A stretch of 33,734 bases of DNA, taken from a virus (lineage: Duplodnaviria; Caudoviricetes). Within the stretch, counting starts at the first letter, position 1. Every line of letters starts with the position of its first letter. The translations under genes were made by a program, and so were the position numbers. Shown piece by piece: positions 8,877 to 19,269 of this stretch. The stretch is taken from positions 1 to 33,734 of the IMG/VR virus record IMGVR_UViG_3300047403_000087; one strand, written 5' to 3'. A model generated the notes under the pieces. That model saw nothing but the letters and a program-made list of their open reading frames with translations. It was not told the origin of the DNA and searched no databases.

Positions 8877-9287
8877 ATGATTGCGAACCATGTAGGTTCT
8901 TTGTATACCGATCGTTTTGATGGAATTGCATTGGGTAAGGCTTCCGGTGCATCTGTTGGATCGACTGGTAATACTGCGGTTACAATTCCTATTATTTCTG
9001 GAACCGCATACATTGTTCGCAAGATTACCGTTGCAAACGCTAACGCTACGATTAACACGGCGAATGTTGTTGTTTTGACATCTTCTGATGGAAACGCATC
9101 AAACGCCGTGTCAAACGTAACGGTACTATCAAGCGTAACAAGCAATTTGACTTGGCAAGATATTCCGTTGTCTACGGCATCTGCTACAACTGTTTATACT
9201 GCTCATGCGTTGTATGTAAAAGTCAATACTGCTGTCACAAACGGTACTTGCGATATAACTATTTTTGGTGACGTTGTAAGTCTGTAA
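8877..9287 (+). CDS. T/S/V-rich beta protein, putative virion structural or decoration protein
   Basis: TAAGGAG SD; position and composition. Confidence 0.65.
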   Translation: MIANHVGSLYTDRFDGIALGKASGASVGSTGNTAVTIPIISGTAYIVRKITVANANATINTANVVVLTSSDGNASNAVSNVTVLSSVTSNLTWQDIPLSTASATTVYTAHALYVKVNTAVTNGTCDITIFGDVVSL

Positions 9288-9625
9288 TGACCACCGTATT
9301 AGTGACAAATAACAATATAAAAACGTTCGCGTTTGAGTATGGAGGTAAAGAAATGATTTTTGAAAGTAAAAAATCATTAGAAATACCTTTAGACGCGGCT
9401 TGTCACATCTTTGGTTACAAAGATAACAATAAAGAAAAATATCTAGCCCCGTTAGGGTTGTGTTCAACTGCAAATGAAATTGCAGATGGATTACAAAAAC
9501 TAGAAAAGTTTGTTATTACGGAAAAACAACCAAAACAGAACCACTTTTTATCCCCGGTGGTGGAACAAGTACCTCTACCTTCTGAAAAGAAGGTGGAGGG
9601 AAATTTCCAATCACGTTCAAGATGA
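9287..9625 (+). CDS. hypothetical protein
   Basis: TAATG coupling with the previous gene. Confidence 0.7.
   Translation: MTTVLVTNNNIKTFAFEYGGKEMIFESKKSLEIPLDAACHIFGYKDNNKEKYLAPLGLCSTANEIADGLQKLEKFVITEKQPKQNHFLSPVVEQVPLPSEKKVEGNFQSRSR
9572..9607 (+). terminator. 12-bp GNRA-capped hairpin inside the 3' end of a CDS; probable terminator or mRNA stabiliser for the head transcript
   Basis: CCTCTACCTTCT-GAAA-AGAAGGTGGAGG with one G-U pair; weak U-tract after it. Confidence 0.55.
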
Positions 9626-9635
9626 TGGGATATAG

Positions 9636-10277
9636 ATGTCTACAACTCTTTCCGACTACATTACAGAATGTCGGCGTTTGCTACATGATGCAAACGGAAA
9701 TTTTTATTCAGATGCAGAACTAACAGATTACATAAATTCTGCTCGTCAGCGTCTTGTAAGAGACACTGGATGTTTGAGACAAATTCAAACCGTTACAGCA
9801 GTACAAAACCAAGAAGTTTATACATTTTCTGCTGATTTCCCTGAAGGAATGCAGACCATGGATGTGGTCAACATTAACCTTTATTGGGGGAATACCAGGG
9901 TTCCTATGCGTTATATGCCCTGGACTCAATTCAACGCTCAATTGAGATATTGGCAGAACTATATCGGCCAGCCCATTGCTTTTTCTATGTATGGGCCTAC
10001 AAGTTTGTATATTGGCCCCGTTCCAGACCAAAATTACACCATGGAAATAGATACGGTAATTTTGCCTACCGATCTAACTACATCATCACAGATTGATGAA
10101 ATTCCCGATCCATGGACAGTGCCAGTAGCTTTTTACGCCTGTTACAAAGCTAAATTTAAAGAACAATCGTATGGTGAAGCTGAGATATTCAAGCAGCAAT
10201 ATCAATTGCAAGCTCAATCTGTCTTAGCTACAACTTACACTCGTAGGATGCCAAACCCTTACTCAACTCCTTATTGA
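9636..10277 (+). CDS. head-tail adaptor/connector protein
   Basis: [14 protein letters not shown]...YSDAEL.DYINSA N-terminus, [10 protein letters not shown] and [10 protein letters not shown]; typical adaptor position. Confidence 0.7.
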   Translation: MSTTLSDYITECRRLLHDANGNFYSDAELTDYINSARQRLVRDTGCLRQIQTVTAVQNQEVYTFSADFPEGMQTMDVVNINLYWGNTRVPMRYMPWTQFNAQLRYWQNYIGQPIAFSMYGPTSLYIGPVPDQNYTMEIDTVILPTDLTTSSQIDEIPDPWTVPVAFYACYKAKFKEQSYGEAEIFKQQYQLQAQSVLATTYTRRMPNPYSTPY

Positions 10278-10278
10278 T

Positions 10279-12255
10279 ATGGCTGCTGCTGAGCAAAAAA
10301 AATCATATCAAGTTATCAAGGAGTTCAAGGGCGTAAATACAAAAGCCAATCGAACTGCTATTGATGCCGGAGAATTCTCTTGGATTGAGAATGCTCAACC
10401 CGTTGGGTTCGCCAACATAAAAATAGTAAATTCAAGAAGTAATGTAGTTGATTCTGGAAATACATCCGTTACTTTTGGAAATACAGTTAATGGATTATTT
10501 TCATGTTCTATAAATAATAAAGATTACATACTTGCATTTGAAGAAAATGGCAGGTCTGAATATTTCAATATTAATGATTCAACTACTGGAAACGTTGCTG
10601 TTACAGGAACATTTTCAAATACTGGTGTTCAAGTAAGCCAATGGAAAGATGAAAGAGTTTTAATTGTTGATCCTAGTAAGGGTTATTACACTTGGGATGG
10701 GACAAATTTAGTTTCTGTTGGTTCTGTCGGTGGCGTATTTGTGACCATTGGAGGAACAGGATATACCAATGTTCCAACAGTAACTATTTCTGCCCCCAAT
10801 GATTCAAATGGAGTTTTAGCACTTGCAGAGGCTACCGTTTCAGGTGGGGCTGTCACCACAATAACTTTGACTGAAGCTGGAAGCGGTTATACAACGGCCC
10901 CAACAGTCACTATTTCTGGTGGTGGTGGTTCTGGAGCAAGTGCTGTTGCTGGCATTACAACTTTTAAAACTGGAACAGTCTCCGTTCTTGTAACAAACGG
11001 AGGAAGTGACTACACAAATGTTTCAAATACAACGGTAAGCATTTCTGGGGGTGGTGGAACCAATGCTGCTGCTGTTCCAGTTTTATCTGGAGGCCAGGTT
11101 ATTGCTGTCGTTATGTCCAATAGCGGTTCAGGATATACAAACACATCAAATATAACTGTCACTATTTCTGGCGGAGGTGGAAGTAACGCGACAGCAAAAG
11201 CACTTATAAACACTAATGAAAATTCTGGTATTTCTTCATTCTCTGGTAGGGTTTGGATATCTTCTGGAAGAACTGTAGCGTATACAGCAGCAAATTCATA
11301 TACAGATTTTACTTCTGTATCTGCTGGCTCGATTGTATTAACAGATTCAACTCTCCATGGAAATATTCAACAAATATTGTCTGCGAATAATTTTCTTTAT
11401 ATTTTTGGTGATGACAGTATTAATGTTTTTTCTGACGTTAGAGTTGACACTAACGGATTTACTTTATTTACTAACACAAACGTAAGCGCATCTGTAGGAT
11501 CAAAAAGGAAAGAAGGGATATTTCCTTATTTTCGTTCAATTTTATTTTTGAACGATTATGGAATATATGCTTTGATTGGATCAACAACCAGCAAAATTTC
11601 GGATGCTTTAGATGGTTTGTTTCCGACAATTGATTTTACCTATCCAATTACATCAGGACAGGTTCTTATTAACAATATTTTGTGTGCTGCATTTAATTTT
11701 AAACAAAACTATTACGGTGGTTCCAGGTTTATACAAGCGGTGTTTTTTGATAAAAAATGGTTTTTTACTAGCCAAGGAAATTCTTTAAATCACATTACTT
11801 CTGTTCCTTATGGTGGAGTTATTTCTTTATATGGAATAGAAAATAATCAATTATTTAAGTTGTATTCAAATACAACTGATAATACTTCTAGCGTTATACA
11901 AACGGCTTTGTTGCCAATGGGCGATCCTATAAGGGATAAACAAGCTCTCAAAATTGCAATAGAAGCAACATTTACAACTGCTGGGACTTTATATGCAACT
12001 GTTGATAGTGAAACCAGTAGCAGTCCTCAATATACTTTATTAAATTCAATTGTTTGGTATAACTCGTCTAATAACGCAATATCATGGATTAACAATTCAA
12101 GTGTCGTAATACCTTGGATTACTTCTGGTTATACATTGTTCAAAACAGATGCCGAACAATGGGGTAAATATTTAGGACAAACATTAACCTCAAATACCCG
12201 TGGATTTGTTGTTAACGGATTTGAATTTGAACATGAATTAAGAGCGAGGTTCTAA
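10279..12255 (+). CDS. tail nozzle / DNA-stabilisation protein (P22 gp10- or T7 gp12-like beta-propeller) with inserted Gly-rich repeat domains
   Basis: Starts [10 protein letters not shown]...E..W.EN, as is typical of podovirus nozzle proteins; follows the adaptor; beta-rich. Confidence 0.65.
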   Translation: MAAAEQKKSYQVIKEFKGVNTKANRTAIDAGEFSWIENAQPVGFANIKIVNSRSNVVDSGNTSVTFGNTVNGLFSCSINNKDYILAFEENGRSEYFNINDSTTGNVAVTGTFSNTGVQVSQWKDERVLIVDPSKGYYTWDGTNLVSVGSVGGVFVTIGGTGYTNVPTVTISAPNDSNGVLALAEATVSGGAVTTITLTEAGSGYTTAPTVTISGGGGSGASAVAGITTFKTGTVSVLVTNGGSDYTNVSNTTVSISGGGGTNAAAVPVLSGGQVIAVVMSNSGSGYTNTSNITVTISGGGGSNATAKALINTNENSGISSFSGRVWISSGRTVAYTAANSYTDFTSVSAGSIVLTDSTLHGNIQQILSANNFLYIFGDDSINVFSDVRVDTNGFTLFTNTNVSASVGSKRKEGIFPYFRSILFLNDYGIYALIGSTTSKISDALDGLFPTIDFTYPITSGQVLINNILCAAFNFKQNYYGGSRFIQAVFFDKKWFFTSQGNSLNHITSVPYGGVISLYGIENNQLFKLYSNTTDNTSSVIQTALLPMGDPIRDKQALKIAIEATFTTAGTLYATVDSETSSSPQYTLLNSIVWYNSSNNAISWINNSSVVIPWITSGYTLFKTDAEQWGKYLGQTLTSNTRGFVVNGFEFEHELRARF

Positions 12256-12256
12256 A

Positions 12257-13528
12257 ATGGCTGTTCCATACACATTTGCAAGTTCAACATCTTCTATTCC
12301 TCTTTCTCAATTAGATAGCAATTTTGCAACTGCTATTGTTTTGGGAAGTACAAATCTTTATCTAGGAAATACTACTACTTCTGTATCTGGACTAACTTTA
12401 TCTAGTCCTACGTTTACTACTCCAGCGTTAGGAACACCCGCATCTGGTGTTTTGACCAATTGCACTGGCCTTCCTGTTTCTTCTGGTATTTCTGGGTTCG
12501 GTACAAACGTAGCCACCGCGCTTGCAGTAAACGTCGGCTCCGCTGGAGCCTTCGTAGTTAATGGCGGGGCGCTCGGTACTCCTTCGAGTGGTACGGTAAC
12601 AAATCTGACTGGTACAGCCAGCATTAACATCAACGGTACGGTTGGCGCAACTACGCCAAACACAGGCGCGTTTACGACGCTGAATGCGTCAGGCAATGTC
12701 ACGTTATCCGGAGGCACTGCTAACGGTGTGGCCTACCTCGACGGCAGCAAGGTGCTGACCACGGGTAGTGCGCTGGTGTTTGATGGGACGAATCTGGGGA
12801 TAGGGACGAGTTCTCCTGGAAATAAATTAACCGTAAAGCCTTCTGCAACTTCCAGCGGAACATTTGATGTTCTTACTGGCTCAACAAACACGGATTCCAT
12901 CAGAATCAGCGGTGGGGGCACAGTAAATACATGGCTGGAATTGCGTGGTTATCTCGGTGTAAAACTTTATTCAGACGCGACAAATACGGTTACTGTTGAC
13001 ACCTCCGGCACTCTGAGTACTACGGGCAACCTCACCGTAAGCGGTACGGGGACGAGTAGCGTAGCTGGTTTATTCGATATTTCTGCCGCCACAGCAGGGC
13101 AAATTAAATTTCCCGCTTCGCAAAACGCTTCTGCTAATGCTAATACGCTGGATGATTACGAAGAAGGAACTTGGACTCCTGTTATCGAGGGATCTGGAAC
13201 CACCGGAGCAGGAACTTACTCCACGCAGACCGGGCGCTATACAAAAATAGGAAACACGGTCTACATATATGGCGATTTAGCATGGTCGGCTCATACAGGT
13301 GCGGGAAACATCAATCTATCTGGACTTCCGTTCGCTCCTGCTGCGAGTAGCGCACACCCTATTTTTGTTTTGGCAGACGGTCTAACTATTACAGGCGTGC
13401 CGGTGTTAAACATTAACGGCACCAGCACCACGATGTATTTAACCGCACTACAAAACGGAGCTACTTCACTTGTGGCTTTGGATACCTCTGTTAATGCTTT
13501 CCGATTTACTGGATTCTACAATGTATAA
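12257..13528 (+). CDS. tail fibre / receptor-binding protein 1
   Basis: N-terminal anchor IPLSQLDSNF, LGTPASGVLTN repeats, GNLGIGTSSP-like motif, C-terminal NTLDDYEEGTWTP...YTKIGNTV domain. Confidence 0.8.
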   Translation: MAVPYTFASSTSSIPLSQLDSNFATAIVLGSTNLYLGNTTTSVSGLTLSSPTFTTPALGTPASGVLTNCTGLPVSSGISGFGTNVATALAVNVGSAGAFVVNGGALGTPSSGTVTNLTGTASININGTVGATTPNTGAFTTLNASGNVTLSGGTANGVAYLDGSKVLTTGSALVFDGTNLGIGTSSPGNKLTVKPSATSSGTFDVLTGSTNTDSIRISGGGTVNTWLELRGYLGVKLYSDATNTVTVDTSGTLSTTGNLTVSGTGTSSVAGLFDISAATAGQIKFPASQNASANANTLDDYEEGTWTPVIEGSGTTGAGTYSTQTGRYTKIGNTVYIYGDLAWSAHTGAGNINLSGLPFAPAASSAHPIFVLADGLTITGVPVLNINGTSTTMYLTALQNGATSLVALDTSVNAFRFTGFYNV

Positions 13529-13581
13529 ACAACACATCTACGCCAAGACCACTAATGATTAACCCCACTAAAGGAGAAGGA

Positions 13582-13776
13582 ATGAATATCGACGCGCAAA
13601 AGATAGTGAACGTACTCGCTACTCAACGAAATGCCGCGCTAGACGATTCCGCAAGGTTACAAGCAATGTTTATTCAGGTTCAAGAATTAGCCGAAGCCAC
13701 ACAAACAAAACTCATTAAATACATAGACAAATACGGCGATCTTGATGACAAAGCGCCGCTAGAGGCGGTGAAATGA
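13582..13776 (+). CDS. small coiled-coil protein, possible fibre chaperone
   Basis: AAGGAG SD supports a start at 13582; L.TQRN.ALD heptad pattern. Confidence 0.65.
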   Translation: MNIDAQKIVNVLATQRNAALDDSARLQAMFIQVQELAEATQTKLIKYIDKYGDLDDKAPLEAVK

Positions 13777-14069
13777 GCGACTACCTAATCGCCTCGCTCG
13801 CATTCCTGTTCATTCTGGACTGCATCACCACGCACCAAATTTTGAAAGCTGGCGGCAAGGAGCTGAACGGGCCATTAGCCAAGCTCATGTCGATGATAGG
13901 TGTGGATGAGGCGCTGGGCTTGAGCAAGATCATCGTTCTGGCCTTTATTATGGCGATGTACGTTAATGATTTATTTTTTGGTTATGAGCTTTACGTTTTA
14001 GGCAGTATCAATTTGATGTATGCGGGGATTGTTGTGTCAAATTGTTTTGTTCTAAAGAATTTGAAGTGA
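13773..14069 (+). CDS. small membrane protein (DUF5658-like)
   Basis: LD.ITT...L..GG.ELN.P motif with about three hydrophobic segments. Confidence 0.65.
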   Translation: MSDYLIASLAFLFILDCITTHQILKAGGKELNGPLAKLMSMIGVDEALGLSKIIVLAFIMAMYVNDLFFGYELYVLGSINLMYAGIVVSNCFVLKNLK

Positions 14070-14158
14070 TAGAAATAATTGGCGTTCTAGTTATTTTTGG
14101 AATTATTTCGCTAGTTATATTTTTATTTTTGTGGATGACTGGGGGTTGTGATGATTAA
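14066..14158 (+). CDS. 30-aa single-TM peptide (MIEIIGVLVIFGIISLVIFLFLWMTGGCDD)
   Basis: Translated by hand. GTGA overlap upstream and overlap with the next ATG downstream. Confidence 0.45.
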   Translation: MIEIIGVLVIFGIISLVIFLFLWMTGGCDD

Positions 14159-14315
14159 GTTGGAACTTGAAGTAAATGAGGTTAACGGTGTTTTGACAGC
14201 TTTGGGACAGTTGCCGTTTGTGCAAGTTCAAGGATTGATTGCAAAGATTCAACAACAAGCAACCTTGCAAATACAAGATCAAACAGATCAAAAACAGGTT
14301 ATCGGAGATAAATAA
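14151..14315 (+). CDS. 54-aa tail-associated protein (MIKLELEVNEVNGVLTALGQLPF...)
   Basis: Translated by hand. L..EVN.VL.ALG.LP..QV..LI.KI..QA is a common small protein next to phage fibre genes; TAATG coupling. Confidence 0.7.
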   Translation: MIKLELEVNEVNGVLTALGQLPFVQVQGLIAKIQQQATLQIQDQTDQKQVIGDK

Positions 14316-14644
14316 TGTCCACTAATTCTTTTACAAAGACTGGCAATACCGTTGCTTTTATTGCTAATACTTCTGCTCCAACTCCAGTGCAAGCTGTTTC
14401 TTCCACGCTTGGAGGAAATCAATATCGTATTCTTAATGCTGGTTCTGTAACTGTATTTTTAGGATATGGGAATACTGCTAATGATGCGTCAAATAACGCA
14501 TCTATAGTTTCTACAACAGGAATGGCTATTCCTTTGTTGGCTGGAACTGATGAAATTTTAACATTTATGCCTAATGCCTATTTTACTGGGATTACATCTT
14601 CATCAACAGCAAATATTTACATCACTCCTGGTGATGGATCGTAA
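14315..14644 (+). CDS. beta-sandwich virion protein (paralogue of 24526..24885)
   Basis: GGAG SD; ends IYITPGDGS. Confidence 0.7.
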   Translation: MSTNSFTKTGNTVAFIANTSAPTPVQAVSSTLGGNQYRILNAGSVTVFLGYGNTANDASNNASIVSTTGMAIPLLAGTDEILTFMPNAYFTGITSSSTANIYITPGDGS

Positions 14645-16335
14645 TGCTTAAAACAGTCAGCAACTATATCAACGTATTAGGTTCCCTTGTTTATAAGGGA
14701 ACTTGGAACGCTTCTACCAACAATCCTGTATTGCAATCAGGTGTTGGTAATAAAGGAGATTACTATGTTGTGTCGGTTGCTGGCTCTACTAATTTAGACG
14801 GCATTACTGATTGGGAAATAGGTGATTGGGCTGTATTTAATGGCTCTGTATGGGAAAAAATAGACAATACTGATGTTGTATTGTCTGTTAATGGTTATAC
14901 CGGCGTTGTTGTTTTGTCTGCTTCAGATGTTGGCGCTACCCCTAATACTACCTATGTTATTGCGGGGTCGGGTCTTTCAGGTGGTGGTCAATTAACCGGA
15001 AACGTCACTCTTACCAATTCTGGAGTAACGTCATTTAATACCCGAACTGGCGAGGTTACGCTTTCCAGTTCTGATGTTACTACGGCCTTGGGATATACGC
15101 CCGGAACAGGAAACGTATCTTCCGTTACAGGAACATCGCCTATAGTTTCTTCCGGCGGTAACACGCCAGCTATCTCAATGCCCGCTGCGAATGCCACAAC
15201 AAATGGCTATTTGACCAGTACGGATTGGACAACTTTTAACAATAAACAGCCATCGGGAACGTACGTTACCAACGTTACTGGGACTTCTCCAGTAGTATCT
15301 AGTGGAGGAACAACGCCCGCTATTTCCATTCCGGCGGCTAATGCAACCACTAACGGTTATTTGACCAGCACAGATTGGTCAACATTTAATAGCAAACAAC
15401 CGTCTGGAACGTATGTAACTTCTGTTAGCGGAACATCTGGTCGAGTATCTTCTACTGGAGGAACTACTCCAGTTATTGATTTGGTGGCTACTACCGTAAC
15501 TGCTGCAAGCTATGGAAACGCTAGTACGGTTGCCACTTTCACGGTAGATGCTTATGGAAGGTTGACCGCTGCCGCCAATGCATCTATTGCCATTGATGTT
15601 TCTGCCGTTTCTGGAGCGGTTGCAAATACGGTAAATGTAATCGCTGGTACAGGTTTATCGGGTGGTGGTGCTTTGACGGGTAACGTAACGTTAAATTCCA
15701 CGGCTAATAGCACTAATCAGAAGGTCACAGTACAAAATAATGGTGTTGTTGTTGGTTCTCAGCCGGTAATTAACTTTATTCCTGGCACAAACATAACGAT
15801 AACAACCGCTAATGACAGTAACAATACTCGGTCAAACGTAACGATTTCTACTTCCGGTTTGGGGACAATGGCGACTCAAAACGCCAATAACGTCACTATT
15901 TCTGGAGGAACTATTGAGAACGTAGCGTTGACGTTAGATAGTCTTAATAGTACGCCAATTGGGGCTTCTTCGCCTTCAACCGGCGTATTTACAACGATGA
16001 GTACGAGTGGCGTATATGCAACGATTGTAACTAAAACGGCAAATTACACTTTAACTACAACAGATTTTACTGTTTTGGCAAATGCGTCCACCGCAGCTTT
16101 TACATTGACGCTACCAACAGCCGTTAATGCGTCTGGACAGATTTATACAATAAAGAAAATTGATTCTTCTGCTAATGCCGTGACTATATCAACGACACTA
16201 TCTCAAACTATTGACGGTCTAGCCAGTTATGCCTTAAGTTATCAATATCAAGGTTTACAAGTTCAGAGCACAAATAGCAATTGGGTGATTATTAACACAA
16301 TACCAGCAAGAAATGGCGTTAATGGGACATTCTGA
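14644..16335 (+). CDS. tail fibre / receptor-binding protein 2
   Basis: YKGTWNAS.N.P.L, SVNG.TG.VVL, AG.GLSGGG.L.GNVTL twice, NGYLTSTDW.TFN.KQ repeats, and a C-terminal TLTLP.A....G..Y.IKKID.S domain. Confidence 0.8.
   Translation: MLKTVSNYINVLGSLVYKGTWNASTNNPVLQSGVGNKGDYYVVSVAGSTNLDGITDWEIGDWAVFNGSVWEKIDNTDVVLSVNGYTGVVVLSASDVGATPNTTYVIAGSGLSGGGQLTGNVTLTNSGVTSFNTRTGEVTLSSSDVTTALGYTPGTGNVSSVTGTSPIVSSGGNTPAISMPAANATTNGYLTSTDWTTFNNKQPSGTYVTNVTGTSPVVSSGGTTPAISIPAANATTNGYLTSTDWSTFNSKQPSGTYVTSVSGTSGRVSSTGGTTPVIDLVATTVTAASYGNASTVATFTVDAYGRLTAAANASIAIDVSAVSGAVANTVNVIAGTGLSGGGALTGNVTLNSTANSTNQKVTVQNNGVVVGSQPVINFIPGTNITITTANDSNNTRSNVTISTSGLGTMATQNANNVTISGGTIENVALTLDSLNSTPIGASSPSTGVFTTMSTSGVYATIVTKTANYTLTTTDFTVLANASTAAFTLTLPTAVNASGQIYTIKKIDSSANAVTISTTLSQTIDGLASYALSYQYQGLQVQSTNSNWVIINTIPARNGVNGTF
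15115..15480 (+). repeat. 150-bp (50-aa) tandem repeat, about 2.4 copies, inside tail fibre 2
   Basis: Units start at 15115, 15265 and 15415: V[ST][SN]VTGTSP.VSSGG.TPAIS.PAANATTNGYLTSTDW.TFN.KQPSGTY. Confidence 0.85.
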
Positions 16336-16676
16336 TGAATTTTGATGCTTTATCAATGGTGAAGTTTGGTGATCGGGATAGCCTGGGTGAATTTCTTTGG
16401 GAAAATGGATTGGAACATAGATTGTTTCAACAGACATTTATGGATCAAGGAATTACCCTACCAATATTTCCGATCATTGATGCTGACATTGATAATTTAG
16501 ATGATTGGTTATTAGCTCATCAAGTTGAACATCAAGCGTTTGCTAGTTTGTTAGGGTTAGAAAATCCTTTTAATTTGTTAGATACAGATTGGAACGTTGA
16601 AAGCGATTTTTACGATTGGTTAAATCAGCATTACAACATTCATGTCGCTATAGCTAACTCTTTAAATCTTACTTAG
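16335..16676 (+). CDS. acidic His-containing hypothetical protein
   Basis: TGATG coupling; repeated W...H..[EI]H motifs. Confidence 0.75.
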   Translation: MNFDALSMVKFGDRDSLGEFLWENGLEHRLFQQTFMDQGITLPIFPIIDADIDNLDDWLLAHQVEHQAFASLLGLENPFNLLDTDWNVESDFYDWLNQHYNIHVAIANSLNLT

Positions 16677-16684
16677 AAAAAATC

Positions 16685-18214
16685 ATGGCAATCAATCCAA
16701 CCAACTGGGGCTACACGCCAAACTATGTTCAAAACCCAATCACTATGGAGTGGGAGTGGACGGGTCGCCCTGAAACTAGCTGGATGCAATCTGACAATGA
16801 GCAACTAACTTCAAAACCTTGGATTGAAAATGTCATTCCAACTTCAGGTCGAGTACCTGCGCCCACTACCGGTCTAGACATTAACAATGCCATGGTGGTT
16901 CGTGGGCCTGATGGTCGCTTGTATAACGCATTTCAGGCTGGACTTAACCCGTTTGAGTTTCAAGTCACAAACGAAGGGCGTATTCGTAGTTCATCGAATC
17001 AAGGTGACGCTACTTATTTTGATTCACCGATTGCTGGTTTTACTAATATTGGTGGAACTGACTATATCCTGACAGACCCTAAAGCCGGATTGCCGGGATA
17101 TCAAACTTATGCTCCTCCTGCTGCTGATGCAGGGTTTAGCGGCGCTGAATTAGTACCATTGCCAGTACAAATAGCAATTGGACAAGGATTGCTTAGTTCC
17201 ATATTGCCAGCAGGGGGATTAAGTTCTTTTATTCAAAATCCCGTAGTCCAAGGTGCTGCTAGAGCAGCAGCACAAGGCGGGGATTTACAAGATATTTTGA
17301 AAGGTGGCGCTGTTGGAGGTCTTTCCTCATTAGCAGGTTCTACTGCTGGGGAACTTGTTGGTGGTGATTTGGGAAAAGTAGCGTCTGGAGCCGCAGGAGC
17401 GGCTACTAGAGCTGGTCTGACTGGTCAGGATATAGGAAGGGCAGCTTTGCTAGGAGGAGCGTCTGCCGGAGCTTCTGAGGCTTTAAAAGACATTACGTCT
17501 GAGCCTGGGACTGATGTCACCACCTCAGAAACCATGCCGGCCGCGATTGAACCTAGCGCGGCTGGAGAGGGCGCTCCGCAAGAGTTGGCTCCAACTGAGT
17601 TTCAGCCGGAAAGTGAGTTTACACCAACTTATCCGCAAACAGATATACAGTTTGATGAGCCAGTTAGGTCTGAAACGGGTGAACAACTAAGCCCCCAAGA
17701 AGTCGCCCAAACCTATCCAGACTTGTACCCTGGCGGTCGTGTTCCTGAGCCTTCAGAAGAAACCACTTATTTTCCAGGTGGGGAGGCTATTACTTATGAA
17801 AGACCTGTACGCGGTCAATTAGACCCAATGGACTATCCGATCTTTAGTCCTGAAGGTGAAATGTTAAGCCCTGATGAAGTTGCTGCCCAATACCCAGATT
17901 TATACCCTGGAGGCGTGTTGCCTCAAGAGGGGGAAATTACAACTTACGCGCCCGGAACATCTGGAGTATCTGTATCTCCAAGTGTATTGTCACAGGTGTT
18001 TAATTTGGGCATGGGAATTCCTACTCAAAAAACCACTTCCGTAGCTCCTGTAGGTAGATATTCGCCTAGCGCCTCGGCTATGTTAGGTGCTGCTGCTTCG
18101 CCTAGCAGGGCCATGGGAGAGGGAGATATTGAATCCTCACGCACTGGCGGGAAACGTAAAAACGTATGGAATATAGCTTCTTTGAAAAATCTTCAAGAAG
18201 GATTGGGTGTTTAA
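16685..18214 (+). CDS. putative internal virion/ejection protein 1
   Basis: Gly/Ala-rich hydrophobic core plus an acidic Pro-rich region; follows the tail genes in a podovirus-like layout. Confidence 0.6.
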   Translation: MAINPTNWGYTPNYVQNPITMEWEWTGRPETSWMQSDNEQLTSKPWIENVIPTSGRVPAPTTGLDINNAMVVRGPDGRLYNAFQAGLNPFEFQVTNEGRIRSSSNQGDATYFDSPIAGFTNIGGTDYILTDPKAGLPGYQTYAPPAADAGFSGAELVPLPVQIAIGQGLLSSILPAGGLSSFIQNPVVQGAARAAAQGGDLQDILKGGAVGGLSSLAGSTAGELVGGDLGKVASGAAGAATRAGLTGQDIGRAALLGGASAGASEALKDITSEPGTDVTTSETMPAAIEPSAAGEGAPQELAPTEFQPESEFTPTYPQTDIQFDEPVRSETGEQLSPQEVAQTYPDLYPGGRVPEPSEETTYFPGGEAITYERPVRGQLDPMDYPIFSPEGEMLSPDEVAAQYPDLYPGGVLPQEGEITTYAPGTSGVSVSPSVLSQVFNLGMGIPTQKTTSVAPVGRYSPSASAMLGAAASPSRAMGEGDIESSRTGGKRKNVWNIASLKNLQEGLGV

Positions 18215-19264
18215 ATGGCTAAAGAAATTGCTCGATTGTTGCAAACTGAGTTCACAACTAATGTGAAAGCCTTGCCCATGATTGCAAAACTATTGCAATC
18301 TCAAGGTCGCCGTGGTGACAAAATACTTGCACACATCACACCCAAAGAAGCAGAAAAACTTAAAAAAGAAGGTGGTTCAGGAACCATTAATCCTAAAACC
18401 GGATTGCCTGAATACTATGAAGAAGGAGATATTGGGGTATATGACTCTAGTGGTCAAGAAATGTCTCCGCAAGAGGTTGCTGCATCTTATCCAGATTTGT
18501 ACCCCGGCGGTCAATTACCCGCTGAAGGTCAAGCTACCCAATTTGCTCCCGGTGTAGTTTTTACAGATTACGGTTCTACTTACCCAGGAATTGTTCCTTC
18601 ATACATTCCCATGGAGGGATATGCCGCACCTCAACCCATAGAAGCAGGAACAATGCCTCGTGCTATAGCCCCAGCTCAAGGCCCAGTTGAACCTATAGCC
18701 CCTGTAGAAGAACGTTCTGTATTAGCGGCAAGAACACCAGAAGAAAGTGCATGGGAAAAATTTACAAAAAATATGACTCCGCAAGAAAAAAGAAATCTTG
18801 CGATTAGAAGTGCTTTGGGAATTGGTGGAGGTCTACTTGCCGGATTGCAAGGAAGGCGGGCAATAAAACAAGCTCAACAGGCAAAATCTGAAATAGGCGC
18901 ACTTGGAACGCAACAACAACAAATAGGTAAACAAATGCAAGAGGCGGCGCTGAGAGGGGAATTGACTCCGGCTAACCGTCAACGGATACAAGCTGCCCAA
19001 GCTCAATTGGCTCCAAAGTATAGATCAGGGACTGCACAACCTTCTGACGTTATGAGAAATCAAATGTTGTTGGAAAATATCAGACAACAACTTTTAGACA
19101 CTCAATATAACGCTGGTTTGCGTATTGCACAGATTGGCGATCAATATGCATTTAGAGCAATTCAAACAGGATTATCGCAAGATAAATCCGCATCTGCGGC
19201 AATGAAAGCATTTAGTGGTGCTTTGGCAGGATTTATGGGAATGCAACCTAACCAACCGGCATAA
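18215..19264 (+). CDS. putative internal virion/ejection protein 2
   Basis: GR.GD.ILAHITP.EA..LK..GGSGTINP.TGLPEY motif, common in podovirus injection proteins; Gln-rich C-terminal half. Confidence 0.7.
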   Translation: MAKEIARLLQTEFTTNVKALPMIAKLLQSQGRRGDKILAHITPKEAEKLKKEGGSGTINPKTGLPEYYEEGDIGVYDSSGQEMSPQEVAASYPDLYPGGQLPAEGQATQFAPGVVFTDYGSTYPGIVPSYIPMEGYAAPQPIEAGTMPRAIAPAQGPVEPIAPVEERSVLAARTPEESAWEKFTKNMTPQEKRNLAIRSALGIGGGLLAGLQGRRAIKQAQQAKSEIGALGTQQQQIGKQMQEAALRGELTPANRQRIQAAQAQLAPKYRSGTAQPSDVMRNQMLLENIRQQLLDTQYNAGLRIAQIGDQYAFRAIQTGLSQDKSASAAMKAFSGALAGFMGMQPNQPA

Positions 19265-19269
19265 TCATC

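Noticed and set aside
15115-15480. Diversity-generating retroelement TR/VR pair
   Set aside because: The repeats are in-frame tandem protein repeats with mostly synonymous differences, and there is no reverse transcriptase.
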